DNA of 64,000 nt from an uncultured Gemmatimonadales bacterium (GCA_963798915.1 CAWCVB010000002.1:192001-256000); one strand, 5' to 3'; counted from the first letter of the stretch, positions 1 to 11,302 are shown. Translations and numbers: made by a program. The notes: generated by a model not told the origin, from the sequence alone.

Positions 1-667
1 CGCCGTCATTGAACTGCACCAGGAATGGGTATCCCTGAGCGGAATTTGAACTTCGGGTGTACTCCGGCATCGAGACGAACTGGATGCCGTCGTAATCCTG
101 CCCGTAATACGAATGGGTGAAGTCGAGGTCGCGGAAGACCGCGGAGTCGCGACCGTTGATCAGCGTCATCCGGTCCACGCCGAGGCGAAGCCGCACCGGC
201 GAGGTGCAGGCAGCCGCGGCCACCACATAATCTCCGCGCCATTCGGCCTCCACCTGCTTGCCCTGCGCCCGCGCCTGGCTCGCGACCAGCAGCACCACGA
301 TGCCCAGACCCACCGACCGAACCCCCAGCGCTCCGTGGCCGACTTCGCCAGTCGTGGGCCGGCCGCCAAGCGATGCGACATACTGATTGAAGGTGGTCTC
401 GATGGTGGCCGCGTTCTTCCGCGAGCGCTTGAGCGCCCAGATCCCGAAGACAAGCAGCGGAATGCCGATGAACGCCATGATGATGAGCAGGCAGCAGAGG
501 GACCCGGTCACGATACCCCAGATGCCGAACCACTTGAGTGGCTTGTACGGCGCGGACAGCTGGTCCCTGGCCGCGAGCAGCACGTCCGGGTCGGTCGAGC
601 CGCTTGCCTTGAGGTGGCCGCGGACCTGCTCGGGCGTGATCAGGCTGAAGCGGGGCTGCGAGTACAT
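1..667 (-). CDS. Hypothetical membrane protein, 3' end runs off the window
   Basis: Hand translation from ATG 667 (GGAGG RBS upstream): MYSQPRFSLITPEQVRGHLKASG...WFGIWGIVTGSLCCLLIIMAFIGIPLLVFGIWAL...GIVVLLVASQARAQ... open to position 1. Absent from the ORF track because it has no stop in the window. Confidence 0.75.
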   Translation of the reverse strand, partial: MYSQPRFSLITPEQVRGHLKASGSTDPDVLLAARDQLSAPYKPLKWFGIWGIVTGSLCCLLIIMAFIGIPLLVFGIWALKRSRKNAATIETTFNQYVASLGGRPTTGEVGHGALGVRSVGLGIVVLLVASQARAQGKQVEAEWRGDYVVAAAACTSPVRLRLGVDRMTLINGRDSAVFRDLDFTHSYYGQDYDGIQFVSMPEYTRSSNSAQGYPFLVQFNDG

Positions 668-726
668 GGGACCTCCGGAAGGCGGGTGGCCTGGCCAGCT
701 GTCGACCAGGAAGGTGTCATCCGCCT

Positions 727-753
727 TGCGCGAAAAGCGACCCGGAGCTATCA
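727..753 (-). promoter_or_regulatory. Candidate ECF-type promoter for the divergent gene at 667
   Basis: TGATAgctccgggtcgcTTTTCGCGCA in the short divergent spacer between the ECF gene and the membrane protein gene; assignment rests on position only. Confidence 0.25.
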
Positions 754-759
754 GGAGTT

Positions 760-1311
760 GTGGACACGCCCCCTGATGAGGTACGCCGGGCGGAGCTGGA
801 CCGGGTGTTCAGCGCTGCCTACGAGGAACTGCGCCGCCTCGCGTCGGCCGTGCGGCGTGACGACCCGTCGGCGACGCTGACGCCGACCGCGCTCGTCAAT
901 GAGGCATGGCTCAAGCTCTCCGCTACTCCCGCCGCCGCCGACACCTCACCGCTTCATTTTCGGCGCATTGCAGCCCGGGCCATGCGCCAGGTGCTGGTCG
1001 AGGCAGCGCGGCGCCGCAACGCGGCGAAGCGCGGCGGCGGCGAGGCGGCCGTGACGCTTGAGGAGTCGCTCGATGGCAGCGCCCCCGCCAGCATCGACCT
1101 GCTGGCGCTGGATGAGGCGCTGTGCCGGCTCTCGGCCCTGAGCCCCAGGCAGGCGGCGCTGGTCGAGCGGCGGTTTTTCGGGGGGTTCGAGATGGATGAG
1201 GTCGCCCAATCTCTGGAAATCTCGGTCGCGACGGCGTTTCGCGAATGGCGGGCTGCGCGTGCCTGGCTCAGCCGGGAACTGGGACGCGATGGCCAAGGCT
1301 GCCAGCCATGA
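760..1311 (+). CDS. ECF RNA polymerase sigma factor, TIGR02999/ECF43-like (kinase-associated)
   Basis: GTG start after AGGAG; motifs YEELRRLA, TLTPTALVNEAWLKL, ARAMRQVLVEAARRRNAAKRGGG and region 4 HTH; ATGA overlap with the downstream kinase. Confidence 0.92.
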   Translation: MDTPPDEVRRAELDRVFSAAYEELRRLASAVRRDDPSATLTPTALVNEAWLKLSATPAAADTSPLHFRRIAARAMRQVLVEAARRRNAAKRGGGEAAVTLEESLDGSAPASIDLLALDEALCRLSALSPRQAALVERRFFGGFEMDEVAQSLEISVATAFREWRAARAWLSRELGRDGQGCQP

Positions 1312-3947
1312 ACCCGGCGCAATGGGCACGGGTCCAGGCACTGTTCCACGAAGCTCTGCACCTGCCGGCGGAGCAGCGCGAGCCCTTCATTGCCCGCATG
1401 GTCGGCAATGATCCCGAGCTGGCCGGCGAGCTGCGGACCATGCTCGATGCCGACGGCGACCATTCGCTGCTGGATGCCGGCCTCGGTGCGGTCGCGGGCC
1501 AGTTCCTGGCTCCGCGCGACGATGGTATTCCCGGAGACGCCTTTGGTCCCTACCGGCTGGAGAGCGTTCTTGGCGAGGGCGGCATGGGCGTGGTCTATCT
1601 CGCGACGAGGGCGGACATCGGCGGGCGGGCGGCGATCAAGATCCTGCGAGATGCCTGGCTTTCGCCGGCTCGCCGGGAGCGGTTTGCCGAGGAGCAGCGG
1701 ACCCTGGCGCAGCTGACTCACCCCGGCATCGCCAGGCTCTATGACGCAGGCGTGCTGGCGGACGGCACGCCCTGGTTCGCGATGGAGCATGTGGAGGGTG
1801 AGACGATTGCCGAATGGTGCCGCCGACGGCAGCCCTCCCTCGCCGATCGCCTCCGTTTGTTCCGATCGATCTGCGAGGCGGTCCAGGATGCGCATCGCCA
1901 CGCCATCATCCATCGCGACCTGAAGCCGTCCAACGTGCTGGTCACCCAGGACGGTGGCATCAAGCTGCTCGATTTTGGTATCGCCAAGCATATCGAAGAA
2001 AGCGGCGACGCGGCCGAACGCACCCGAACCGGCCTCCGGGCGATGACCCCGGCGTACGCGGCCCCGGAGCAGGTCACCGGCCGTCAGGTCGGGCTGCACA
2101 CGGACGTCTATTCGCTCGGCGTCATGCTGTACGAGTTGCTCACCGGGCGGCTCCCGTTTGAACTGGCTGGCCGCACCCCGTCAGAGGCGGTGCGGATCGT
2201 CGCCGAGCATGAGGCAGTGCGACCCTCGGCGGTTGCGCGTGCCGTGGCCTCCCGGGCGGGGAACCGGACGGCCGGCGCCAGCCGGGCGGCGTGGGCTGAT
2301 CTGGACGTACTCTGTCTCACCGCAATGCACCGTGATCCCGAACGCCGCTACCCGTCGGCCGAGGCGCTGATCCGGGATGTGGATCACTATCTGGCCGGGG
2401 AGCCGCTGGAGGCGCGGCCCGATTCGTTCGGTTACCGGGCCGGGAAGTTCATCGGTCGCCATCGCGGAGTCGTGACTGCGGCTTCGCTTGCCGTCGCCGC
2501 CCTGTCCGCGCTCTCCGCAGTCTACACCACAGGCCTGGCACGGGCCCGCGATACTGCGGTGAGCGAGGCAAGGAGAACCCAGCGGATCCAGCAATTCACA
2601 CTGAGTCTTTTCCGGGGAGGCGATGATGCGACCGAGCCGGCAGAAAGCCTGCGGGTGGTGACGCTGGTGGATCGGGGCCTCGAGGAAGCCCGGATGCTGG
2701 ACGGAGAACCCGCCGTTCAGGCCGAGCTGTTCCAGACGCTGGGCGGTCTGTACCAGCAGCTGGGTGATCTGCCGCGCGCGGACTCGCTGCTGAGCCTTGC
2801 GCTGTCGCGGAGGCAATCGCTGCCTGGCAGTGAAGCCGATGCGGCCCGGAGTCTCGTGACGCTTGGCCTGCTGCGGGCCGACCAGGCGCGGCTGGTCGAG
2901 GCGGAATCGCTCGTGCGGGCTGGCCAGCGCCTGACGGAGCGGTACACGAAGCTTGGCGATCCGGCCCGGATCCGGACGGCGGCGGCGCTGGGCCGGGTGC
3001 TGCAGGACAAGGGCGACTACGAGGCCGCCATTGCTGTCCTGAAAGAGGTGGCAACGCTCGACTCGGCTGGGAGCGAGGCGGCCAGCTACGCTGCCTCATT
3101 GAGCGCGCTTGCCAGCGCGCACTTCTATGCGGGACACTATGCCGAGGCGGACTCGCTCAACCTCCTGGTGCTGGCAATGCGGCGGCGTCTCTACGGGGCG
3201 AGGCACCCGGCGGTTGCGGAAGACCTGGTCAACCTGGGTGCGACCCAGTTCGAGCGGGGGAACTATGCCGCGGCGGAGCGGTACTATCGCGAGGCACTGG
3301 CTATCACCGAGGGGTGGTCTGGTCCGGAGCATCCCCGGACGGCAGCGCAGCTCACCATGCTGGCGCGCGCGCTCGTGTATCAGCAACGCACGGCGGAAGC
3401 CGTCCCGTTGCTGCAGCGCGCGCTCGCAATTCGAGAACGGGTATTCGGTCCGCGGCACCCCCAGGTGGCCTCCACACTGAACGACCTGGGTGCCGCCGCC
3501 TTGCAGGAGGAGCGGCCGCGCGAGGCGGAGGGTTACTTCAGGCGCATCGTTGCCATCTATCAGAAGACCTACCAGGGCAGGCACTGGCTCATCGGCACGG
3601 CGCAATCGAACCTGGCCAGCTCGCTTGCAGTCCAGGGCGACCTCCCCGGCGCCGAGACGCTGTATCGTGAGGCACTGGCAGAGTTCTCCGCGAGCCAGGG
3701 GCCGACCCACACCAATACGGGCATTGCGCATGTCAAGCTGGGCCGGGCATTGCTGCGCCAGGGGCGTGTGCGGGAGGCCGTCGTCGAGACGCGAACCGGC
3801 TATGACGTCCTGACGCCGCAGACGGAGGCCAACACCAGTTTCCTGCGGGCGGCCCGCCTGGACCTGGCGGCCGAGCACGAGGCCCTCGGTCAGCTCAGCG
3901 AGGCGGCCCGCTTCAGGGACGAGCAGGCACGAGTGGAAAAACAATAG
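1308..3947 (+). CDS. Ser/Thr protein kinase with TM helix and C-terminal TPR repeats (cognate of the ECF)
   Basis: ATG 1308 overlaps the sigma stop; GEGGMGVVY, AIK, HRDLKPSN, DFG, YAAPEQ; hydrophobic helix VVTAASLAVAALSALSAVY; HPxVA-type TPR repeats. Confidence 0.93.
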   Translation: MNPAQWARVQALFHEALHLPAEQREPFIARMVGNDPELAGELRTMLDADGDHSLLDAGLGAVAGQFLAPRDDGIPGDAFGPYRLESVLGEGGMGVVYLATRADIGGRAAIKILRDAWLSPARRERFAEEQRTLAQLTHPGIARLYDAGVLADGTPWFAMEHVEGETIAEWCRRRQPSLADRLRLFRSICEAVQDAHRHAIIHRDLKPSNVLVTQDGGIKLLDFGIAKHIEESGDAAERTRTGLRAMTPAYAAPEQVTGRQVGLHTDVYSLGVMLYELLTGRLPFELAGRTPSEAVRIVAEHEAVRPSAVARAVASRAGNRTAGASRAAWADLDVLCLTAMHRDPERRYPSAEALIRDVDHYLAGEPLEARPDSFGYRAGKFIGRHRGVVTAASLAVAALSALSAVYTTGLARARDTAVSEARRTQRIQQFTLSLFRGGDDATEPAESLRVVTLVDRGLEEARMLDGEPAVQAELFQTLGGLYQQLGDLPRADSLLSLALSRRQSLPGSEADAARSLVTLGLLRADQARLVEAESLVRAGQRLTERYTKLGDPARIRTAAALGRVLQDKGDYEAAIAVLKEVATLDSAGSEAASYAASLSALASAHFYAGHYAEADSLNLLVLAMRRRLYGARHPAVAEDLVNLGATQFERGNYAAAERYYREALAITEGWSGPEHPRTAAQLTMLARALVYQQRTAEAVPLLQRALAIRERVFGPRHPQVASTLNDLGAAALQEERPREAEGYFRRIVAIYQKTYQGRHWLIGTAQSNLASSLAVQGDLPGAETLYREALAEFSASQGPTHTNTGIAHVKLGRALLRQGRVREAVVETRTGYDVLTPQTEANTSFLRAARLDLAAEHEALGQLSEAARFRDEQARVEKQ

Positions 3948-3977
3948 GGCTGACCGCGCTTTCCATCGGAGAAGATT

Positions 3978-4613
3978 GTGCTCGCCAACTGGATCACCCT
4001 TTCCCGCCTGCCGCTGCTGCTGGTGATTGTGCTGATCATCTATCTTGGGCCGCCCGGTCTCCAGCTTGCCGGCGTGGTGCTGCTCTTTGTCGGCCTCATG
4101 CTTGATACCGTGGACGGGCTGGTCGCTCGACGCCGGCAGGAGACCAGTCTCTTTGGCAGCGTCCTCGACATCGCCGCCGACCGAACCTACGAGCTGGTGC
4201 TCTGGGTGGTGTTCGCCGAGCTGGGCATGATCGCCGCGGCGGTGCCGCTGATCGTAATTGCCCGCACCACGCTTACCGATGCGTTCCGCAGCATTGGCGT
4301 GGGGCAGGGAATCGCGCCCTTTGCGCAGCACCGCACCAGGCTGGGCCGCTTCCTCGTAGGATCGTCTTTCATGCGGACGGGCTACGCCGTGACCAAGGTC
4401 GTGGCGTTCTGCGGGCTGGCACTCACGCATGCGCTGGCTGGCTTCGGGCTGGAGACCGGCGCGCCAGCGGCGGTCCCCACGCTGCTGAAAATATTTCAGG
4501 CGGTCAGCTGGGTCGCGGTTTTCTTCTGCGTCTTCCGCGGCCTGCCCGTCATCATTCGGACGCTCAAGGATTACTGGGGACTAGGGATTGAGGGGATAGG
4601 GAATAGGGGTTAG
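3978..4613 (+). CDS. CDP-alcohol phosphatidyltransferase (PgsA-like family)
   Basis: ANWITLSR start and signature DTVDGLVARRRQETSLFGSVLDIAAD; several TM helices. Confidence 0.9.
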   Translation: MLANWITLSRLPLLLVIVLIIYLGPPGLQLAGVVLLFVGLMLDTVDGLVARRRQETSLFGSVLDIAADRTYELVLWVVFAELGMIAAAVPLIVIARTTLTDAFRSIGVGQGIAPFAQHRTRLGRFLVGSSFMRTGYAVTKVVAFCGLALTHALAGFGLETGAPAAVPTLLKIFQAVSWVAVFFCVFRGLPVIIRTLKDYWGLGIEGIGNRG

Positions 4614-4700
4614 GGGATGGGGCATAGGCGATAGGGAATAGAGGTGCGACTCCGGCCTTCATTCCCAATCCCGAATCCCTAATCCCGAATCCCTATCCCC
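4576..4700. repeat. Inverted pair of degenerate heptamer tandem repeats (GGGAATA-like / AATCCCG-like) between convergent genes
   Basis: G-tract arm ~4576-4644 (ggggactagggattgaggggatagggaataggggttaggggatgggg...) and C-tract arm ~4661-4700 (attcccaatcccgaatccctaatcccgaatccctatcccc). Confidence 0.85.
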
Positions 4701-5757
4701 ACCAGAACGCCGTGGCGATGATGGCGTAGACCGCGATGAGCGTGGCGCCCTCGAGCCAGTCGGATTCGCCATCAAAGGTGATGAACGCCGAGAGGATCAC
4801 CGCCAGCGAGACGGAGAGGATCAGCATCGGGGAAAACACCAGCGTGAGCGGCGCGAGGCCAAAGAGCTGGGAGATGATCACCAGCAGGGGCGCGAGCACC
4901 AGTGCAATCTGCAGCGGCGAGTTGATGACCACGGCAAAGGCAAATTCCGCCTGGTTTCTGGCCGCGAGCTGGATGCCCACGAAATTCTCCACGGCGTTGC
5001 CCGCGATGGCCACGATGACCAGCCCGGCAAATGCCTCGGAAATGCCCAGGGCATGCATGGACGGTTCGAGCGCGTGGACAAACCAGTTGGAGACGAAACC
5101 CGCCAACGTGCCGGCCATGCCCAGGACGATGAGTGCCGACGCGGTGCTCCAGCGCGGAGTTCTTCCCTTGGGCGGCTGGGGACCGCCGGACTGCTTCTTC
5201 CGCAGCGAATGCGGCAGGATCAGCAGGAAGAGGGTGAGCAGGATGCACGAAACCACCAGCGAAAGCGCCTTTTCATGTTCGGCGGCGGGGGTGTGGGTGT
5301 AGTGCGCCAGCGAGGGCAGCACCAGCCCGGCCACGGACAGTACCATCAGCACGGTGATGTGGCGGGCGCGCTCCGATCCGAGTTGCTGGCGACCGTGCCG
5401 CAGGCCACCGACCAGGAAGCAGATGCCCAGGATGAAGAGCAGGTTGGCGAGGATGGAGCCGATCAGGGCGGCCTGCACCACGGCCACCAGGCCGGCGCGC
5501 AGGGCAAAGATCGCGATAAAGAGTTCCGGCAGGTTACCGAGCGCGGTCTGCAGGATGCTGGTGGCCCCCGGCCCGAAGCGCTCGCCCAGCTGCTCCACCG
5601 CTCGGCCCACCAGCATGGCCAGCATGGCAATGGCGACGGCGGAACAGGCCAGCGCCAGCACCGACCCGCCGAGCCCAACGCGGGTAATGCCCGCCAGGAC
5701 CACCGCCACCGCTCCGCCGGCCATGATGGCGCGGTCGGAGCGGCTGAGGCTGCTCAC
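4693..5757 (-). CDS. chaA: Ca2+/H+ antiporter (CAX/ChaA family)
   Basis: Alpha-repeat motifs GNLPE and GNAVE, many TM helices, [12 protein letters not shown] 5757 overlaps the gdh stop (GTGA). Confidence 0.88.
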   Translation of the reverse strand: MSSLSRSDRAIMAGGAVAVVLAGITRVGLGGSVLALACSAVAIAMLAMLVGRAVEQLGERFGPGATSILQTALGNLPELFIAIFALRAGLVAVVQAALIGSILANLLFILGICFLVGGLRHGRQQLGSERARHITVLMVLSVAGLVLPSLAHYTHTPAAEHEKALSLVVSCILLTLFLLILPHSLRKKQSGGPQPPKGRTPRWSTASALIVLGMAGTLAGFVSNWFVHALEPSMHALGISEAFAGLVIVAIAGNAVENFVGIQLAARNQAEFAFAVVINSPLQIALVLAPLLVIISQLFGLAPLTLVFSPMLILSVSLAVILSAFITFDGESDWLEGATLIAVYAIIATAFWWG

Positions 5758-7172
5758 GGAAAGATGCCGAGCTGCTCGTAACTCATGGCCACCTTGTTGA
5801 TCGCCACGATCATGGCCGCGGTGCGCTGGTTGATGTTGCCGTGCTGCTTCCACAGCTCGCGGATGGGGTGGTAGGCACCGATCATGGTTTCTTCCAGACC
5901 GGAATTAACCAGATCTTCCTCGCTGGCGCCGTGGGTGAGCCGGGCGCTCTCCTCATCGGTAAATTCCCGGCCGGCGACGTTTTCCACGGCGGAAAGCAGT
6001 CGTTCGAACGCTCCCTCCTCGAACCGCTTCTGCATGCGACCGAAGCGGACGTGCCCCAGGTTCTTGACCCACTCGAAGTAGGAGACGGTCACGCCGCCTG
6101 CATTGATATAGGTATCCGGCACGACCATGACGCCGCGCTGGTACAGGATATCAGCCGCCTCCGATGTGGTTGGACCGTTGGCCGCCTCGATGACGATCCT
6201 GGCCTTGACCCGGGGCGCATTCTCTTCGGTGATCTGCCGCTCGAGCGCTGCCGGAATGAGGATGTCGCAATCGAGTTCCAGCGCGTCCTCGCGCCGGGCC
6301 AGGTTGGTGGCACCAGGGAAGTTGCTCACGCCGCCGGTGGCGCGGCGATGTTCCATGACCTTGTCGATGTCGAACCCTTTCGGGTTGCTGATCGCGCCCT
6401 CCGACTCGGCGACCCCGACGATGATGGCCCCGCCTTCCTGGAAGAATTTGGCCGCGTAGTAGCCGACGTTGCCCAAGCCCTGCACCACGATCCGCTTGCC
6501 CTCGAGCCCGGTGCTGAGGCCGAGGGGCTTCATGTCCTCGGTGATCCGGCAGAGTTCCCGGGTACCGAAGAACACGCCGCGTCCCGTGGCTTCGGTTCGG
6601 CCGCGGATGCCACCGGAGCTGACCGGCTTGGCGGTGACGCACGCCAGCGCATCGAGTTCGCCGCTCTTGAGCTGGCTGTAGGTGTCGGCAATCCAGGCCA
6701 TTTCCCGTGCGCCGGTGCCCACATCGGGCGCCGGCACATCCAGACCGGGACCCATGAAGTTCTTGCGCACCAGCTCGAAGACATAGCGCCGGGTGATGCG
6801 CTCGAGCTCGCCTTCGGAGTAGGTCTTGGGCTTGAGCCGGATGCCACCCTTGGCGCCGCCAAAGGGGACGTCCACGAGGGCGCACTTGTAGGTCATGAGC
6901 GCGGCCAGCGCCTGGACCTCGTCGGCGTCCACGCTCTCCGCATACCGGATGCCGCCCTTGCAGGGAAGCTTGTGGTGGCTATGCTCGGCGCGCCACGCGT
7001 GCATCACCTCGATCCGGCCGTCATCGCGCTTGATGGGGAAGCTGGAGTAGAACAGGTTCTTGCAGGCCTTGATGTTGGCCAGCAGCGTCGGATCGTGCGA
7101 GGTGAAGCTGGCGGCATGATCGAAGGCGCGGTTGACCTGCTCGAGGAAGCTGGCACCCACGGACACGGGCAT
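5754..7172 (-). CDS. gdhA: Glutamate dehydrogenase (Glu/Leu/Phe/Val dehydrogenase family)
   Basis: [63 protein letters not shown] 7172 after AGGAG. Confidence 0.95.
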   Translation of the reverse strand: MPVSVGASFLEQVNRAFDHAASFTSHDPTLLANIKACKNLFYSSFPIKRDDGRIEVMHAWRAEHSHHKLPCKGGIRYAESVDADEVQALAALMTYKCALVDVPFGGAKGGIRLKPKTYSEGELERITRRYVFELVRKNFMGPGLDVPAPDVGTGAREMAWIADTYSQLKSGELDALACVTAKPVSSGGIRGRTEATGRGVFFGTRELCRITEDMKPLGLSTGLEGKRIVVQGLGNVGYYAAKFFQEGGAIIVGVAESEGAISNPKGFDIDKVMEHRRATGGVSNFPGATNLARREDALELDCDILIPAALERQITEENAPRVKARIVIEAANGPTTSEAADILYQRGVMVVPDTYINAGGVTVSYFEWVKNLGHVRFGRMQKRFEEGAFERLLSAVENVAGREFTDEESARLTHGASEEDLVNSGLEETMIGAYHPIRELWKQHGNINQRTAAMIVAINKVAMSYEQLGIFP

Positions 7173-7215
7173 TCTCCTGTTCAAGGAACGGAAGGGCAGA
7201 GACGGGACTGACAGG

Positions 7216-10200
7216 TCAGGAATGTTGCTTGGCGGCGGGCTTGGCGTCCAGCGCTTCGCGAATCTTCACCGCCAGGGTCCCGAGCTCAAATGGCTTGGCC
7301 AGCACGTCAGTGTCGGGGTCCACGATCCCGCGGGCCACGAGGTCGTCAAAGGCGTAGCCACTCACCAGGACCACCGGCAGCGACGGCCGGTCGCCCCGGA
7401 GGCGGGCGCGCAGACTCACGCCATCCAGCCGCGGCATGGTGATGTCGCTCAGCAGCAGCCCGATACCAGTGCCCCTGTCACGAGCCAGCTCCAGTGCATG
7501 CGCGCCGTCCTCGGCTTCCAGCACCGTGTAGCCCAGCCCTCGGAGCGAGCGCGCCATCCAGCGGCGCACCGGTTCCTCGTCCTCGGCCACCAGGATGGTT
7601 TCCGATCCGTGGGGCGGCTCCAGCGCAGGCGCGGGATGCTGGATCGCCGCGCGCTCGGCCACTTGAGGGAGGTCGATCCTAAACGTGGTCCCCTTGCCAG
7701 GCTCGCTGTCCACCCAGATGAAGCCGCCGCCCTGCTTCACCGTGCCGTAGACGCTGGCGAGCCCGAGCCCGGTGCCCTGGCCGCTTGCCTTGGTGGTGAA
7801 GAATGGCTCGAAGATCCGCTCGAGTGTCGGCGAGTCCATGCCGCTGCCGGTGTCGCGCACGATCAGCCTGCTGTAGGTGCCGGCCGGGACATGCACCGCC
7901 GGAGCCGGCGGTGCCATCGGGTCGGTGACATGAACTCTGGCGGTCTCGATCTCGAGGTGGTCGCCCACCGTCATCGCATCGCGGGCATTGAGCACCAGGT
8001 TGATCAGGACCTGCTCGAACTGGGCTTCGTCCACCCGCACCGCGCCAACATCCTGTCCCAGGTGAATGTCCAGGGAGATGTCAGCGGGCAGCAGCCGCCG
8101 CAGGGTCCGTTCCCGGCTGCCCACCAACGCGTTGAGTTCGATCACGGAGAAGGTGGCCGGCGCCCGCCGGCTGAAGGCCAGCAGCTGGCGGGTAATGACC
8201 GCTGAGCGTTCGGCGGCGGAGATGATCTGGGTAACGTCGGACCGGTCGCTCTCGGAGAGCTGCTTCGACTGCGCCAGGAAATTGGCAAAGCCGAGCACCG
8301 CCGTCATCTGGTTATTGATCTCATGGGCGACGCCACCGGCCAGCTTGGCGGTGGCCTGGATCCGTCCCGCCTCCACCAGCTGCTGCTGCAGACGCTGGTG
8401 GTGTGTCACATCCTCAAATGCAACCAGGATGCTTCCCTCGGGAATCCCGGCGCGCTGGATCCGGCGGGCATTGATGAGGAAGGTTCGCCGCTCCCCCGCG
8501 ACCGGGATGGTGGTGATCTCGTGGCTCTCGATGCTGGCATTGCTGCGGGAGACCGCCGTCAGCAGGCGGGCGAGTTCGTTGCTACCCCACTCGCCTGCGC
8601 CCAGTTCCCAGAGCGGCTGTCCGTCTGGCTGCGTCCCACTTGGGACGAATGACCGCCGGAATGCCTCGTTGGTGGTGACGACGCGCATGTTGCCGTCGAG
8701 CACCAGCAATGGCTCGCGGACCGTCGCGAGGATGGCGTCGCTCAGTCGGCGCTCCTCCTTGGCCTGGTCCACCTCCTGCTTGAGCCAGTTGATGTCCAGG
8801 ATGACTGCGAGGACGCTGTTCGGTTTCCCGGCATGGGCAATGGGCCAGACCCGCAGCGAATGCCAGCCACCATCGGGGTACTGCACGTCCTGGGTCTGCA
8901 GGTTTCCTTCGGCCAGGGCGCGTTCCGCGAGCGAGCGAAAGGTTTCCGACCGGCACCGGCAACTTCATCTCGTTCAGGCTCTGGCCCAGGATCGGACGCT
9001 TCAGCCTGAAGGCTGCGACCGCGGCGGTATTGACCGCCTGCAGCTGCTGATTCTGGCCCAGCAACAGGATCGGGAAATCCATCGCTTCCAGCAGGCTGGT
9101 AATTTCCGCATTGCGGGTGAGCAGCTCCGTGTTGTTCTCCTGGATCTGCTCGTTGACGGTGCTCAGTTCTTCCTTGGTTGACTCCAGCTCTTCGTTGGTG
9201 CTCTGGAACTCTTCGTTGGCCGAGAGGCTGGCTTCATAGGCCGCCTGCAGCTCGGCATGGATCTCGTCCTGCTGGTCGATGACAGACTGCAGGTACTCCT
9301 TGGTGTCCGCCAGCTCCTGTTCCAGCTCCACGGTGTGCTGGTCTTCGGATGGGGCCGCCGAATTCCTGCGCGCCGGCTTCCGGTCAGGCGGGGCTACCTG
9401 GAAGGTGACCAGGACGTAGTCATCCTCTCCGTCATCCGCCGGCAGAGGGAAGACCCGCACCGAGACAAAGATGACTCGCTTCCCGACATGGACCGGCAGG
9501 TCATAGCGACTGGCTTCGCGCTTTTCCTTCCGGGCCTTTCGCACCAGCCGGCCCAGCGCCACTTGCAGATCGGGATGAGACAGCTTCAGGAGATTGGTGG
9601 TCGGCCCGCCGACAGGCGCCTCCAGCAATCCCCGTGTCGAACCTTGAAAGTGACGGATTTCCATCGCCGAGTTTACGATCACGCTGCCGGTCGGGAGCTG
9701 GGAGAACAGGGTGTGCTCGGCGATGCGCCGGAGCTCCGCGTCCGTCCGGGTCGCATCCGCGGTTGCCTGGGCGCGGCCCGGGACCGGACGTCCGCCACTC
9801 CAGCTGCGGCTCAGTTCCAGGTGACTGGGCACCGTGCGCCGCAGGAACACCTTGTGCTTCCGGTCCAGGGGCGAGAACAGCTGGCCCAGGCCCGCCACCG
9901 ACTCGGCCGAGCCCACGGCCAGGAACCCGCCCGGCTTGAGGGCGTAGTGCAGGGTGTGCAGCACCCGCTGCTGCAGCACCGGCTCGAGATAGATCAGCAG
10001 ATTCCGGCAAATGACCAGATCCAGCTGCGCAAATGGCGGATCCTGGGTCACGTCCTGGCGGGCAAAGATGCACGTGTCACGCAGCTGCTGGATGATCTGG
10101 TAGCCGTTTTCCACCGGCACGAAGTAGCGCTGGAGCCGCTCGGCGGAAACGTGCGTGGTGATGTCGCGACTGTAGCGCCCCTTCCGCGCGGCGAGGATAG

Positions 10201-11302
10201 CCGTTTCGCTCAGGTCGCTGGCGAAGATCTTGACTTGAATATTGGACGTCAGCTCCTCGAGGCCCTCGGCGAAAACGATCGCGGTGGAGTATACCTCCTC
10301 ACCGGTGGCGCACCCGACCACCCAGATGCGCAGCGGGACGCCGGCCGGTCGGTGTGCAATCAAGGCTGGCAGCACCGTCTGGCGCAGGACGTCGAACGTG
10401 GCCGGCTCCCGGAAGAAGTCGGTCACGTGAATCAATACCTTCTTGAACAGCGCCTTGGTTTCCGAGGGTGTCTTCTGCAGGTATGAGAGGTAGGTCGTGA
10501 GATTGGGCAGCCCCAGCTCCGACGCACGGCGCACCACCCGGCGGGCCATGGTTGCCCGCTTGTAGTGCTGAAAGTTGGTGCCTTCGGCTTCCTGGAGCCT
10601 GGCCACGATGGTTGTAAGCGCGTCGGTGTCGTCGCTGGTCATCTCCAGTGCGGGCTCGGGCGTGGCCAGCGCGGCCTCCGCGGCCGGTGCCGGCCGATCG
10701 TCCGGCGAGGTGCGGGCCAGCCCGGCGACATGGTGCGCGATGGCCACGGGCGGCAGGGTGTGGTCCACACCTCCGGCCTCGACCGCCGCGCGAGGCATGC
10801 CGTCGTAGGTGGCGGAGCCGAAGTCCTGCGCATACGTCACTCCGCCATGTTCCTTGATGGCCTTGAGGCCCGCCGCCCCATCCGACCCGGTGCCAGAGAG
10901 CACGATCCCCACGGCCGCGGCGCCCCATTGGTCTGCCAGCGACTTGAAGCACTCGTCGATGACCGTGGGCATGCCGTCACGCTCGGGTCGGGGCTCGAGC
11001 CGCACTGTACCATCATGAATCAGCATGCGCCGGTCAGGTGGCAGCACGTGTACGCGGTCGGGAAGCAACGGCATTTCGTCGCGTGCCTCCACCACGGGCA
11101 TCTCGGTGACCCGCATCATCAGGTCGGTCAGCCGGCTGGGATGGGTGGGCGAAAGGTGCGGAATCAGGAGGAAGGCGCAGCCGGTGTCGGTGGGGAGCGC
11201 GCCGAGCAGCGCGGAGAACGCATCAAGCCCGCCGGCGGACGCGCCGATTCCGACCACACGCGTCGGGTGTAGCGTCTGCGCAGGCCGCGCCTTAGCCGAC
11301 AT
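7216..11302 (-). CDS. CheB-CheR-PAS hybrid histidine kinase with C-terminal receiver; split by an apparent frameshift near 8930-8940
   Basis: CheB GASAGG/PHL/GTGSDG, Che[23 protein letters not shown] and coiled coil [13 protein letters not shown] in ORF 8582-11371; [33 protein letters not shown] and REC domain in ORF 7216-8886. Confidence 0.88.

Noticed and set aside
6..880. ORFs 6-533(-), 113-880(+), 166-453(-), 387-776(+)
   Set aside because: Alternative frames of the minus-strand gene starting at 667, which has an RBS and protein-like composition.
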